Below, piece by piece: positions 20,467 through 30,028 of a stretch of 64,000 bases of DNA. The first letter of the stretch is position 1. Each line of letters begins with the position of its first letter. Location of the stretch: NCBI GenBank assembly GCA_965267575.1, contig OZ254086.1:1472001-1536000 (forward strand), read 5' to 3'. This DNA comes from Calditrichales bacterium. GTDB lineage: Bacteria; Calditrichota; Calditrichia; Calditrichales; J004. A model generated the notes under the pieces. The model worked only from the letters and a program-made list of their open reading frames with translations. It had not been told where the DNA came from and made no database searches. Position numbers and translations under genes: made by a program.

Positions 20467-20832
20467 ATGTATCAGGTGATTTATCATGAACAAGATAAAA
20501 TTGAGATCGCATTGGAAGGAAAAGTGACGCGCAAAGATATGCAGGAAGTAAACCACCAGCTGGAATCCCTGTGCCAGATGTATCCGAAGATAAATGTGCT
20601 TCTGGATACGATGAACGCCGATTCCTTCGATGCCTCCGTTTTGCTTGAGGATATCCGTTTTTACAAAGAGTATAGCGGCCATCTTAACCGCATGGCTGTA
20701 GTTGGAGACGGCGCGGCCAAGATGATTGCCAATGCCGTTGACAAAGTGGCGGATACGGAAATAAAAGGATTTAATGATGATGATATTGAAGCGGCGCGCA
20801 AGTGGATTTTTCCGAGCGTACTGCCTGCGTAA
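20467..20832 (+). CDS. STAS/SEC14-like (SpoIIAA-like) domain protein
   Basis: GKVTRKD, INVLLD, RMAVVGD and EAARKWI pattern; AGGAGG RBS. Confidence 0.8.
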   Translation: MYQVIYHEQDKIEIALEGKVTRKDMQEVNHQLESLCQMYPKINVLLDTMNADSFDASVLLEDIRFYKEYSGHLNRMAVVGDGAAKMIANAVDKVADTEIKGFNDDDIEAARKWIFPSVLPA

Positions 20833-20859
20833 TCCGAAAGCTTCGGAAAGGAGTGTCTT

Positions 20860-21612
20860 ATGTTACATAGTTTTAAAGCTCTGAGTAAATTTTCCCTGAA
20901 AGCACGTGATGGAGAAATAGGATCGGTGAGTGATTTCTATTTTGATGACCGCGTCTGGAACGTACGCTATCTAATTGCCGATACGGGCGGATGGCTTGCC
21001 TCAAGGCTGGTCATGATTGCGCCGGATTCCCTGGGCCTGGCCGCCTGGGAAAAGGAAAATCTTAGCGTTGAACTCACGCGTGAACAGATTGAAAACAGCC
21101 CTTCGATTGAAAGGAAGCTTCCGGTTTCCCGGCAAAAAGAGCTGGAGCTGATTGAATATTACCACTGGAATGATTACTGGGCCATGCACGACATTACGAT
21201 TCCGCCCAGCGGATTGATTATTTCCGGGGTGATGCATGACGATAAAGCCAAAAAGGAAATCGCCAAAAGCGACAATAAACCTTGGCTGCGCAGCATGGAT
21301 GAACTGAATGGTTATATCGTGCACGCTACGGACGGAGAAACGGGCCACATAGCGGACTTTTTTATTGATGACAAAAGCTGGCGCATACGCTTTATTGTTG
21401 TTGATACAAGCAATATTCCATTGATGGGCAAGAAAGTGCTTGTTCCGCCGGAATGGATTGAATCTGTTGAGTGGAACAAACGCAGCATTTTTCTTAATAT
21501 CTCCAGGGAGCTTGTTGAGAAAAGCCCTGAATATGATTCACAAAAGCCGTTTGAACAAAAATCGGAAGAAAAAAATTATGATTACTATCAGCGACCAAAA
21601 AACTATGTCTGA
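20860..21612 (+). CDS. Tandem PRC-barrel domain protein
   Basis: ARDGEIGSVSDFYFDDRVWNVRYL and ATDGETGHIADFFIDDKSWRIRFI repeats. Confidence 0.9.
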   Translation: MLHSFKALSKFSLKARDGEIGSVSDFYFDDRVWNVRYLIADTGGWLASRLVMIAPDSLGLAAWEKENLSVELTREQIENSPSIERKLPVSRQKELELIEYYHWNDYWAMHDITIPPSGLIISGVMHDDKAKKEIAKSDNKPWLRSMDELNGYIVHATDGETGHIADFFIDDKSWRIRFIVVDTSNIPLMGKKVLVPPEWIESVEWNKRSIFLNISRELVEKSPEYDSQKPFEQKSEEKNYDYYQRPKNYV

Positions 21613-22867
21613 TTTTAGCCGGAAACTGCCAGGGCTTCTGCGCGGATTTATGCTCGCCGCTCTGCTTCTGTTAATAGCTGCGGGCTGTAAGCAGGAGCCT
21701 CAGCAACCGGTAATGACCGGCCTGGACCGCGTTGATCAGCATAAGGACATTTTTTATGCCAAAAGGTTGGGCTTGATCACTAATCATACAGCTTTGACCC
21801 GAGACGGATCGCACATGATTGATGTCTTCAAAAACATGGATGGCACCGTAGTCACCGCGATATTCGGGCCTGAGCACGGTATAACCGGCCTGGCCGATGC
21901 CGGCAAAGAAATATCCGATAGCAGCTATGGTGAAATTCCCGTGTATAGCCTGTACGGGGAGAACCGCCGGCCTACTGCGGAAATGATGAACGATATAGAC
22001 ATGTTTGTTTTTGATATTCAGGATATCGGTACACGCTATTATACCTATATCTGGACCATGGCCTTGTCGATGGAATCCGCGGCAAAAGCGGGCATCCCTT
22101 TTGTGGTATTGGACAGGCCCAATCCCATCTCCGGTGAAAATCCTCAGGGTAATCTTGTAGATACGGCTTTTGCCAGTTTTGTGGGTCTCTACCCGGTACC
22201 TGTGCGTCACGCGATGACCGCCGGCGAGTTGGCCGGGCTGTTTAACAAGCAAGGCTGGCTGGATTCTGACAGGCCCGTTGAACTTACCGTTATTCCAATG
22301 GCCAACTGGGACCGTTCCCTTTATTATGACCAGACACAGCTGGAATTTGTAAAACCATCGCCCAACATGCCCGATCTAAAAAGCGCTTTGCTTTATCCCG
22401 GAACCTGCCTGTTTGAGGGCACAAACCTCAGCGAAGGTCGCGGAACGGACATGCCGTTTCAGATATTTGGCGCTCCCTGGGTCGAAAATGAATACATTGT
22501 GCGTCTGCTAAATGAAGCGGATCTGCCGGGGCTAAGCTTCCACATGGAGCAGTTTACGCCGCGTTCAAAGCCGGGTGCCGGGGCTCCCAAATATCAGGAT
22601 GAATTGTGCCTTGGCGTGCGCATTGAGATAGACGATCGGGATTCGATCAATCCTTTTTTCAGCGGGCTCTATATAATAAAGCTGCTTTATGAGCAATATC
22701 CTGAGCAATTCCGCTTCCGTGAAGCGCACTTTGACCGTTTGTGCGGTACGGACAAGATCCGCCAGGCAATCCTGAGCGGTGAACCCATGGAGCGGCTAAT
22801 GAACCTGAGTTCAGAAGGATTGGAAGAATTCAGTACAATTCGTCTCAATCACCTGCTGTACCAGTAA
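21605..22867 (+). CDS. DUF1343 / NamZ-like exo-beta-N-acetylmuramidase, probable lipoprotein
   Basis: GLITNHT, FGPEHG, FDIQDIGTRYYTY, LDRPNP, SPNMP and SEGRGT motifs; lipobox IAAGC; start at 21605 overlaps the upstream stop. Confidence 0.9.
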   Translation: MSDFSRKLPGLLRGFMLAALLLLIAAGCKQEPQQPVMTGLDRVDQHKDIFYAKRLGLITNHTALTRDGSHMIDVFKNMDGTVVTAIFGPEHGITGLADAGKEISDSSYGEIPVYSLYGENRRPTAEMMNDIDMFVFDIQDIGTRYYTYIWTMALSMESAAKAGIPFVVLDRPNPISGENPQGNLVDTAFASFVGLYPVPVRHAMTAGELAGLFNKQGWLDSDRPVELTVIPMANWDRSLYYDQTQLEFVKPSPNMPDLKSALLYPGTCLFEGTNLSEGRGTDMPFQIFGAPWVENEYIVRLLNEADLPGLSFHMEQFTPRSKPGAGAPKYQDELCLGVRIEIDDRDSINPFFSGLYIIKLLYEQYPEQFRFREAHFDRLCGTDKIRQAILSGEPMERLMNLSSEGLEEFSTIRLNHLLYQ

Positions 22868-23852
22868 GTATTACTGCTTTCATCTGTTCGATAATTTCCG
22901 GATTTGGCAGGTTGTCAAAACCCAGGACCAGGTATTCAAAATTGCTGGCCAGAATCTCTTCAGGATGAATGATATATTGTGTGTTGCGTCCGATATGCTC
23001 CCAGAATGAGGGCAGTGAACCGGGCGAGTGCAAAACAGGATCACCGTTTTTAAGTACGGCTTCCCAGCCGGAATTATTCTTTTTTGTCTCCATCAAACTG
23101 AAAGCGAAGTTCTGAAAAATACCGCCGGGCTTATCCGGATTATAATGTGGGGATGAGCTATGCAAAAAAGACGTGACCGCTATGGTACTGTCTTCATGCT
23201 TCAGCGTCATCACGGCGTTAATCAGCGGCGCGTCAGGATTTGTAAGGCGCCGGTTGTGCCATTCCTCCGGCAGTTTCACTTCGTAATTCAGTTCCTTAAA
23301 TCCAATAATCTCAAAAAGCTGTTGCCGCAGCGCCGGGTTTTGCCGCGAAAAAATATGAAAGATCTCGTGCACAAAAATCTCTTTTAAGCGTGCTTTTTGC
23401 TGCACGATAATACCTTCTGTGTAAACGATGCCGTTTCTGCGGGTATAGGCCACCGGAGCCCCGCCCTCCTCCAGACCACTTGTTTTTAAAAGCCATACCG
23501 TATCCGGAAGCTGTAACTCCAGCTGCTCCAGTTTTGGGCGAATTTCATTGACGTAGGCTTTAAACAGCTCAATTTCCTCAGCCGTCCAGGAGCGGCCCTG
23601 TTTGGCCATATGGCCCAAAAGCGCTTCACGGCTCACCGGCTCCAGCCTGTTCAAACGTGCCTGAAGGTCATAGCGGCCCATCGCCCGGATATATTCATCT
23701 TCAATGCTTAAAAACGCACCTGCTTTCTGCGCATCCGCGAAAACAAGTACGCTGCTTTGAGACAGGTCTGTTTTTTGCCCGTGGACGGGGCCGGCCCATA
23801 GTACAATCAGAAACGCGCAGAAAAAGAGTAAAAGGATTCGTTCCGTTCGCAT
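22845..23852 (-). CDS. Exported hypothetical protein with HExxH zinc-binding motif
   Basis: Signal peptide; AYTR, VHEIFH and HPEEILA motifs. Confidence 0.7.
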   Translation of the reverse strand: MRTERILLLFFCAFLIVLWAGPVHGQKTDLSQSSVLVFADAQKAGAFLSIEDEYIRAMGRYDLQARLNRLEPVSREALLGHMAKQGRSWTAEEIELFKAYVNEIRPKLEQLELQLPDTVWLLKTSGLEEGGAPVAYTRRNGIVYTEGIIVQQKARLKEIFVHEIFHIFSRQNPALRQQLFEIIGFKELNYEVKLPEEWHNRRLTNPDAPLINAVMTLKHEDSTIAVTSFLHSSSPHYNPDKPGGIFQNFAFSLMETKKNNSGWEAVLKNGDPVLHSPGSLPSFWEHIGRNTQYIIHPEEILASNFEYLVLGFDNLPNPEIIEQMKAVILTGTAGD

Positions 23853-23955
23853 TGTGTTACCTCCGTTGGATTAAGAAAATTGCGTGCAGTATCTTTTTTT
23901 AATTAGCTTCGTAGGTGCACTTGATATCCCGGACTTTTGCAGGAGTTGGACGGTT

Positions 23956-26394
23956 ATGGCCAAAGATATTCGCGTACGTATTCTCATATATTTTCTCCTC
24001 GCCATCGCATCATTGTTTATGGGCTTCAGACTGGATAACAAAACATCTCCGGACCTGGCCCTCGTCCCAAAAATTGACCGCCAGCAGGCCATCGAAACGG
24101 CCAGGGCTTTTCTGGATCGTTATGGCTTTGCGTATGAAAACTTTAGCGAATACGCCTTTTATAAATTCGATAACAGCGGCTCCAATTATATCATTTCTCG
24201 GCGCGGCATCGAAGGTTTCCGCGCGCTGGTTGAGGCTGATAGCATTCCCTTCAGCCAATGGAGCGTCGAATATTATAAAAATGTCCCAAAAAACAAAGAA
24301 GAAGAATTATTTATGGTTCTTGTTTCTGCCACGGGACATCTTAACGGATTTATGCACCGTTTACCGGATTCCACGTCAATGCTGTCGGCCAGTGAAGAAG
24401 AAGCACTGCAAAAAGCCAACGCCTTTCTGGAAAAGTGGCCGGGCATAGACGCGACGCAATTTACCCGCGACCGCGTAAACTCTCAGAATTTCAGCCGTAG
24501 CCATTACGATGTGGTTTATGTGCGCAGCGGTCCGAAACTGGCCGCCGGCGAGGAGAAAATATTTATAACCGTTTCCGGTGATCGTGTCACCTCTTTTCGC
24601 CACATTTTTTCAGAACCGCAAAGTGCCAATGTGGGCGCGGTTGAAGGTCCCAACCTGCTTTTTAATGCGCTCTCCATCTTAGCCTATTTGATTGTCAGTA
24701 TCCTGGCGCTGGTTCTGTTTCTCAAGCGCTATCACGAAGGTGAAATCGGCGTAAGCACCGCGCTTTGGGCAGGCCTGATTGTTTATGTGGCGTTGATCGT
24801 AATGGTCATATTGCTGTGGGATGGCTGGGCAGATGGTGTCGGATTTGGAACCGTGAGCCGCATCTATACAAAATGGATCCTGCTGGGCGTGCAGATGATT
24901 ATTTCCTATGTCTACCTTTTCGTCAATAGTTTTACAGCCTGGGCCGTTGGCGATTATGAAATCCGTAAAAGCGGCCGCAATTTGCTGGGTGGTCTGGACA
25001 GCATTCTCAACAGGGCGTTTTTTACAAAAAACGTTGGTCGTGAAGTGCCCGTTGGCATTGCCATGGGCAGCGTGGTCTTTGGCCTGACGGTCGTGGTTAA
25101 TTTTCTCATCATTACGTTTACCGGCGGCTACAGCGAGGTTTACGGGGAAAATACACGCCATCTGAATTATTCCTTTCCGCTTGCCGGCGTATTCTTCTCC
25201 ATGCTTTTTTACGCGCTGTACGAGGAGATCATTTTCCGCAAGTTTTTTGTTACCTACATGCGGAACATTACATCTTCGTGGTTCTGGGGCATTTTTATTT
25301 CGGCCGGAGCCTATGCCCTGTTCAATATTTTCTTTTCGTCGTTTTTCCAGTTCTGGCCACGCTACTACGCGCTGATTCCCTACTTTACCATAGGGCTGGT
25401 TCAGGGCTACGTTTTTTGGCGCTACGGTCTGCTGGCTTCAATGACTTCGGGCATGTTTTTTGTCAGCATGGATATTGTGCGCTACTGGCTGGAAAGCGGT
25501 AACCCCGCGTACACTGTGCCCGCCTACATTACCGTGGTTTTTTGGATTGCCGTAACGCTCGTGTCGCTATATAGCCTTGTAAAAGGGCGCTACTTCCAGT
25601 ATTCGCGCTCCAGCGAACCGCTGCATATCAAGCGCATTAAGGAACGTACCCGCATGCAGAAGGAGTTGGAAATAGCCCGCAGGGTGCAGCTTGGCCTGCT
25701 GCCCAAGGAAAGACCGGCCATGGAAGGTTTTGACGTCGCCGGAATTTGTGTGCCGGCAAATGAAGTGGGCGGCGACTATTTTGATTTTATTCAACTTCAG
25801 GACGGCAAGCTGGGACTGGCCATCGCCGACGTTTCCGGTAAGGGCGTTCCGGCGGCGATATACATGACGCTTACCAAGGGCATTTTGCAGTCGCACGCCG
25901 AATCCGATCTTTCACCCAAAACGGTTCTCAGCAAGGTAAACAGCCTGATGTACCGCACCATTGAGCGCTCCTGGTTTGTGAGCATGTTCTACGCCGTGCT
26001 CGATCCGCAAACCCGCAAGATGCGCTTTGCCCGTGCCGGTCACAATCCTGCTTTTGTTATAAACCAGAACAGGGAAAAACCGCAACTGCTGCAAACAGCG
26101 GGCATCGGTCTTGGCCTGGAAATGGGCGAGATCTTTAACCGCACCCTGGCCGAAGGCGAGCTGCAGCTCAGCCCCGGTGATACGCTGGTTTTTTACACGG
26201 ACGGTTTCACTGAGGCAATCGATGAACAGGGTAAGGAATATGGCGAGGAACGCTTGCTGGACTTTATCCAGGCTAACGACAATGGTGGCGGCGCGGCCGG
26301 TATACTCGAAAAAACCGTAAATGAAATCAGACTGTTTTGCGGAAATGCCGAGCAGCACGACGATATGACCATGGTGGTACTTAAAGTGTTATGA
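23956..26394 (+). CDS. Membrane PP2C/SpoIIE (RsbU-like) phosphatase with extracytoplasmic and CPBP-like domains
   Basis: ELEIARRVQLGLLP, EVGGDYFD, IADVSGKG, YTDG and DDMT motifs; YEEIIFR CPBP motif; AGGAG RBS at 23941. Confidence 0.9.
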   Translation: MAKDIRVRILIYFLLAIASLFMGFRLDNKTSPDLALVPKIDRQQAIETARAFLDRYGFAYENFSEYAFYKFDNSGSNYIISRRGIEGFRALVEADSIPFSQWSVEYYKNVPKNKEEELFMVLVSATGHLNGFMHRLPDSTSMLSASEEEALQKANAFLEKWPGIDATQFTRDRVNSQNFSRSHYDVVYVRSGPKLAAGEEKIFITVSGDRVTSFRHIFSEPQSANVGAVEGPNLLFNALSILAYLIVSILALVLFLKRYHEGEIGVSTALWAGLIVYVALIVMVILLWDGWADGVGFGTVSRIYTKWILLGVQMIISYVYLFVNSFTAWAVGDYEIRKSGRNLLGGLDSILNRAFFTKNVGREVPVGIAMGSVVFGLTVVVNFLIITFTGGYSEVYGENTRHLNYSFPLAGVFFSMLFYALYEEIIFRKFFVTYMRNITSSWFWGIFISAGAYALFNIFFSSFFQFWPRYYALIPYFTIGLVQGYVFWRYGLLASMTSGMFFVSMDIVRYWLESGNPAYTVPAYITVVFWIAVTLVSLYSLVKGRYFQYSRSSEPLHIKRIKERTRMQKELEIARRVQLGLLPKERPAMEGFDVAGICVPANEVGGDYFDFIQLQDGKLGLAIADVSGKGVPAAIYMTLTKGILQSHAESDLSPKTVLSKVNSLMYRTIERSWFVSMFYAVLDPQTRKMRFARAGHNPAFVINQNREKPQLLQTAGIGLGLEMGEIFNRTLAEGELQLSPGDTLVFYTDGFTEAIDEQGKEYGEERLLDFIQANDNGGGAAGILEKTVNEIRLFCGNAEQHDDMTMVVLKVL

Positions 26395-26442
26395 GAGTCG
26401 CTGCTGTTTTGCCTGTGGCGGCATAATCTTTAAATTGTCGTT

Positions 26443-26724
26443 ATGATTAGATTATATCGACACCCTCAAAGCGCTTTGGCCGACCAGCTTGAGGAGCGCT
26501 TAAAGGAACATTCCATTGCTTATGAAAAGCGCGTTGTAAAAGACCAAACCCCGCCTGAAATACCGACGGATGTATCATTGCCCGCATTTGAAGAGGGCGG
26601 AAAAATAACATCCGGAAAAGAGGCCTGCCTTAAATTTATTAAACAACTGGAAAAAGAGATCGCTGACTGGCGCAAGTTTCAGAGCGATTCCTGCTATATT
26701 GACGATGACGGAAAAGTGTGTTAA
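26443..26724 (+). CDS. Small hypothetical protein, glutaredoxin-like fold with Cys-containing C-terminus
   Basis: LKEHSIAYE and LPAFEEGGK pattern; ends WRKFQSDSCYIDDDGKVC. Confidence 0.6.
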   Translation: MIRLYRHPQSALADQLEERLKEHSIAYEKRVVKDQTPPEIPTDVSLPAFEEGGKITSGKEACLKFIKQLEKEIADWRKFQSDSCYIDDDGKVC

Positions 26725-26745
26725 CGACCTAACCTGTGAGGGAAT

Positions 26746-28812
26746 ATGAAAACGATCCTGTTTATGATTTTGCTTTGCGTGGCCTTTGTTTTGGCCCAGA
26801 ACAGCAGGGAATGGCTGAGTCCGGCTATCGATAATGCTACGACGCAGCTTGTGGAAAAGTATGGTGAGGAGCAGCGCGCCTCCATTGAACGCGGACTGAA
26901 ACAGGTAGCCGATTTCTGGCGTGAGGAAGACGGCAGCGCGGAAGACTACATCGCTTTTGCGTTGCGCCATTACGCCGGGGATCAGGCCACGCGCGACGCT
27001 ATGTTTAATCGTTACCAGTATTTGCTGGAACAGATCGGCGGACACATGAACCAGATGATCCTGGCATTGCGCCGCCAGACGGATGAGGACAGGGGCCCGA
27101 TCTATCCGTTTGATGAACTGTTTGCCGCTTATAATCCGGCAGCCCACGTCAACTCAGACCTTTTTGAGAACAAGCTGGCCTTTATTGTATTGCTCAATTT
27201 TCCCCTGACCACACTGGAAGAGCGGCTGGCAAACGGTGCTGAATGGACCCGCCGGCAATGGGCCGAGGTGCGGCTTGCCCAAGATTTTGGCGTGCGCGTG
27301 CCCTCTTCCGTAAACCAGGCCGTTTCGGCTGCTGCCGCCAGGGCCGATCAGTACATTGCCGGTTACAACATCTGGATGCATCACCTGATTGATAATGACG
27401 GACAGCGCCTTTTTCCGGAAGGACTGCGGCTGCTGTCGCACTGGAACCTGCGCGATGAGATAAAGGCCCAGTACGCCCAGGACGAGCAGGGGCTGGAGCG
27501 CCAGCGCATGATCCGGAAAGTTATGGAGCGGATTGTTGACCAGACAATCCCTGAGGCGGTTATTGACAATCCGCACCTGGATTGGAATCCCTACAGCAAC
27601 ACCGTCAAAAAATCACCCGTTAACGACAGCGACCGTAAAGCTCCCACAGACCTGAAGGCCGATGACAGCCGTGAACCCGATACGCGCTACGATGTATTGC
27701 TGGGCACATATCTGGCTGCCCGCCAGGTCGATGCTTATTCGCCGACCGCGCCGACGCATATTCTGCGCCGTTTTGAGCAGGACCGTGAAATCCCTGAAGA
27801 ACGCGTTCGCAAAATGCTGGAAACGGTTCTGGAGTCGCCGCTTTTTGCGCAGGTCGGGCAGCTTATAGAACAGCGCCTGGGCCGCGAGCTGGAGCCTTTT
27901 GATATCTGGTATAATGGTTTTAAACCACGCGGCAAATACACCGAGCAGGAGCTGGATAAAATTACCCGCGAGCGCTATCCCACGGCGCAGGCATTTCACA
28001 AGGACATTGCCCGCATTCTGACGGGGCTGGATTTTTCCCGGGATAAAGCCGATTACCTTGCCGCCAACATTGAGGTGGATCCCGCACGCGGCTCGGGACA
28101 TGCCTGGGGTCCGCAAATGCGCTCGGCGCCGGCCCACCTGCGCACCCGCGTGGGCAAAGACGGCATGGACTACAAGGGCTATAACATCGCTGTGCACGAG
28201 CTGGGACATAATGTGGAGCAGACCTTTTCCTTAAAGGATTTAGATTATACGCTGCTTGAGGGTGTGCCCAATACCGCTTTCACCGAAGCACTGGCTTTCG
28301 TTTTCCAGAACAAGGATTTGGAATTGCTGGGACTTTCCAGCGATGACCCGCAAGGCGAAGCGCTTAATGCTTTGAATACGTATTGGGGTACCTGTGAGAT
28401 TGGTGCGGTGGCGCTTGTTGATATGGAAGTGTGGCACTGGATGTATGATCACCCGCAGGCCACGCCCGCCGAGTTGCGCCAGGCCACGCTGGACATCTCC
28501 AAAAAGATCTGGAACCGCTATTTTGCGGATGTCTTTGGCAAACGCGATGTGACGTTGCTGGGCATCTATTCGCACATGATCCACTCCTTTCTGTACCTGC
28601 CGGATTACCCGATTGGCCACATGATCGCCCTGCAGATTGAGGAACACATGCGCGAGGCCGGTGAGATCGGACCGGAGTTTGAGCGCATGACCGTGCAGGG
28701 CCGCTTAACGCCGGACCTGTGGATGAAAGGCGCCACCGGAAAACCGGTAGGTCCGGACGCGTTGCTTAGCGCTACGGAAAAGGCCCTAAAGGTTATAAAA
28801 AACGGCAACTAA
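26746..28812 (+). CDS. Exported gluzincin-like (M2/M3-like) metallopeptidase
   Basis: Signal peptide; VHELGH followed by AFTEALA third ligand; YSH...Y...Y. Confidence 0.7.
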   Translation: MKTILFMILLCVAFVLAQNSREWLSPAIDNATTQLVEKYGEEQRASIERGLKQVADFWREEDGSAEDYIAFALRHYAGDQATRDAMFNRYQYLLEQIGGHMNQMILALRRQTDEDRGPIYPFDELFAAYNPAAHVNSDLFENKLAFIVLLNFPLTTLEERLANGAEWTRRQWAEVRLAQDFGVRVPSSVNQAVSAAAARADQYIAGYNIWMHHLIDNDGQRLFPEGLRLLSHWNLRDEIKAQYAQDEQGLERQRMIRKVMERIVDQTIPEAVIDNPHLDWNPYSNTVKKSPVNDSDRKAPTDLKADDSREPDTRYDVLLGTYLAARQVDAYSPTAPTHILRRFEQDREIPEERVRKMLETVLESPLFAQVGQLIEQRLGRELEPFDIWYNGFKPRGKYTEQELDKITRERYPTAQAFHKDIARILTGLDFSRDKADYLAANIEVDPARGSGHAWGPQMRSAPAHLRTRVGKDGMDYKGYNIAVHELGHNVEQTFSLKDLDYTLLEGVPNTAFTEALAFVFQNKDLELLGLSSDDPQGEALNALNTYWGTCEIGAVALVDMEVWHWMYDHPQATPAELRQATLDISKKIWNRYFADVFGKRDVTLLGIYSHMIHSFLYLPDYPIGHMIALQIEEHMREAGEIGPEFERMTVQGRLTPDLWMKGATGKPVGPDALLSATEKALKVIKNGN

Positions 28813-28843
28813 GCGGAAGAAAAGAAAAGCTAAAACTACTGAG

Positions 28844-28868
28844 AGGGCCCGCTCGGCGGGCCTTTTTT
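28844..28868 (+). terminator. Intrinsic terminator
   Basis: GGCCCGC-TCG-GCGGGCC followed by T6. Confidence 0.85.
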
Positions 28869-29031
28869 ATTTAGAGCAACTTCAATTTTTAGCTTCATTC
28901 GAATTTGCGTATAGATTTTGGCATATTTTTTTTATCTTTGTTTCAGCTTGCAACACTTTTTTTAAATGCGCGTGCGTTGCAGCGCTGGCCAAATCAACCC
29001 AATACTAAAACAGTAAACAGACGAGGAAAGA

Positions 29032-29934
29032 ATGGTAAAAAGCGTCTTAAAGCGCTTACTGCTTCCAACACACTGGTGGGGTATTTATAGGGCGTCGCGC
29101 GGCGGCCGTCGGCCGGCTCGTTATGCCCAAGATCCGCAACTGAAGCTGTACGACCAGATCCTGCAAACGGATTTTCTGCATTACGGCTATTTCCCCAATC
29201 CCGCGATTGTGCCGGAAAAGATAAGCCTCTATGATATGAGAGAAGCGCAACGCCGTTATGCCCGGCTTATTCTCGACCAGGTAAATGACGATACCAATCC
29301 CGTGCTGGATGTGGGCTGCGGCATGGGCGGGCTGATCGGGATGCTTCTGAAAAGGAATTCCGCAACCGTTGGCGTTACGCCGGACAGGCTGCAAATAAAC
29401 TACATCTACCGCAAGTATCCGCAGGCGCGTTTGGTGCACGCGCGCTACCAGAACATGAAGACAGAAGATTACAACGCTTATTTCGGCACGATTATCCACT
29501 CCGAGTCGCTGCAATACATGAGTCTCGATAAGGCAATCGAAAACACGCTTAAAATGCTGAAGCCCGGCGGACGCTGGATTGTGGTGGATTATTTTCGCCT
29601 GGGCAATGCTTATGAAAAGTCCGGCCATTTGTGGGCCGATTTTTTGCACAAAACGGGCAAAAGCGGATTGCGCATAATTAACGAGCAGGATATTACCAAA
29701 AACATTCAGCCGACGCTGGCCTATATTTTTATGTGGGGAAAGGAAATCGGCAAACCCTTATTTGAGTTTCTTGTGGAGAAGCTGAAGCACAAACATCCCG
29801 GCAAATATTACGTTCTGCAGGATATGGTCGAGCAAATGGAGAGCAAGATCAACAAGCAGCTAAATATTGTAAATCCCGACATATTTGTGCAGGATAAAAA
29901 ATACACCTTGATGACCCTGGAAAAGCCGGAATAA
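29032..29934 (+). CDS. Class I SAM-dependent methyltransferase (sterol/tocopherol MT-like N-terminus)
   Basis: LHYGYF, VLDVGCGMGG motif I, LKPGGR. Confidence 0.88.
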   Translation: MVKSVLKRLLLPTHWWGIYRASRGGRRPARYAQDPQLKLYDQILQTDFLHYGYFPNPAIVPEKISLYDMREAQRRYARLILDQVNDDTNPVLDVGCGMGGLIGMLLKRNSATVGVTPDRLQINYIYRKYPQARLVHARYQNMKTEDYNAYFGTIIHSESLQYMSLDKAIENTLKMLKPGGRWIVVDYFRLGNAYEKSGHLWADFLHKTGKSGLRIINEQDITKNIQPTLAYIFMWGKEIGKPLFEFLVEKLKHKHPGKYYVLQDMVEQMESKINKQLNIVNPDIFVQDKKYTLMTLEKPE

Positions 29935-29987
29935 CGAAAAAACCACAAACAGTGCCTAATTAAACTATCTCTTTTTGAATACTTTGG

Positions 29988-30022
29988 TTTGTTATTTCTG
30001 TTTTGAAATTTGGAATTTTGGA
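29988..30022 (+). repeat. Heptamer array (TTTGGAA-like x5)
   Basis: tttgtta tttctgt tttgaaa tttggaa ttttgga. Confidence 0.55.
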
Positions 30023-30028
30023 CTTTTT

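Noticed and set aside
19310-21612. Photosynthetic reaction-centre H subunits
   Set aside because: PRC-barrel is a general fold; these lack a TM helix and there are no photosynthesis genes in the window
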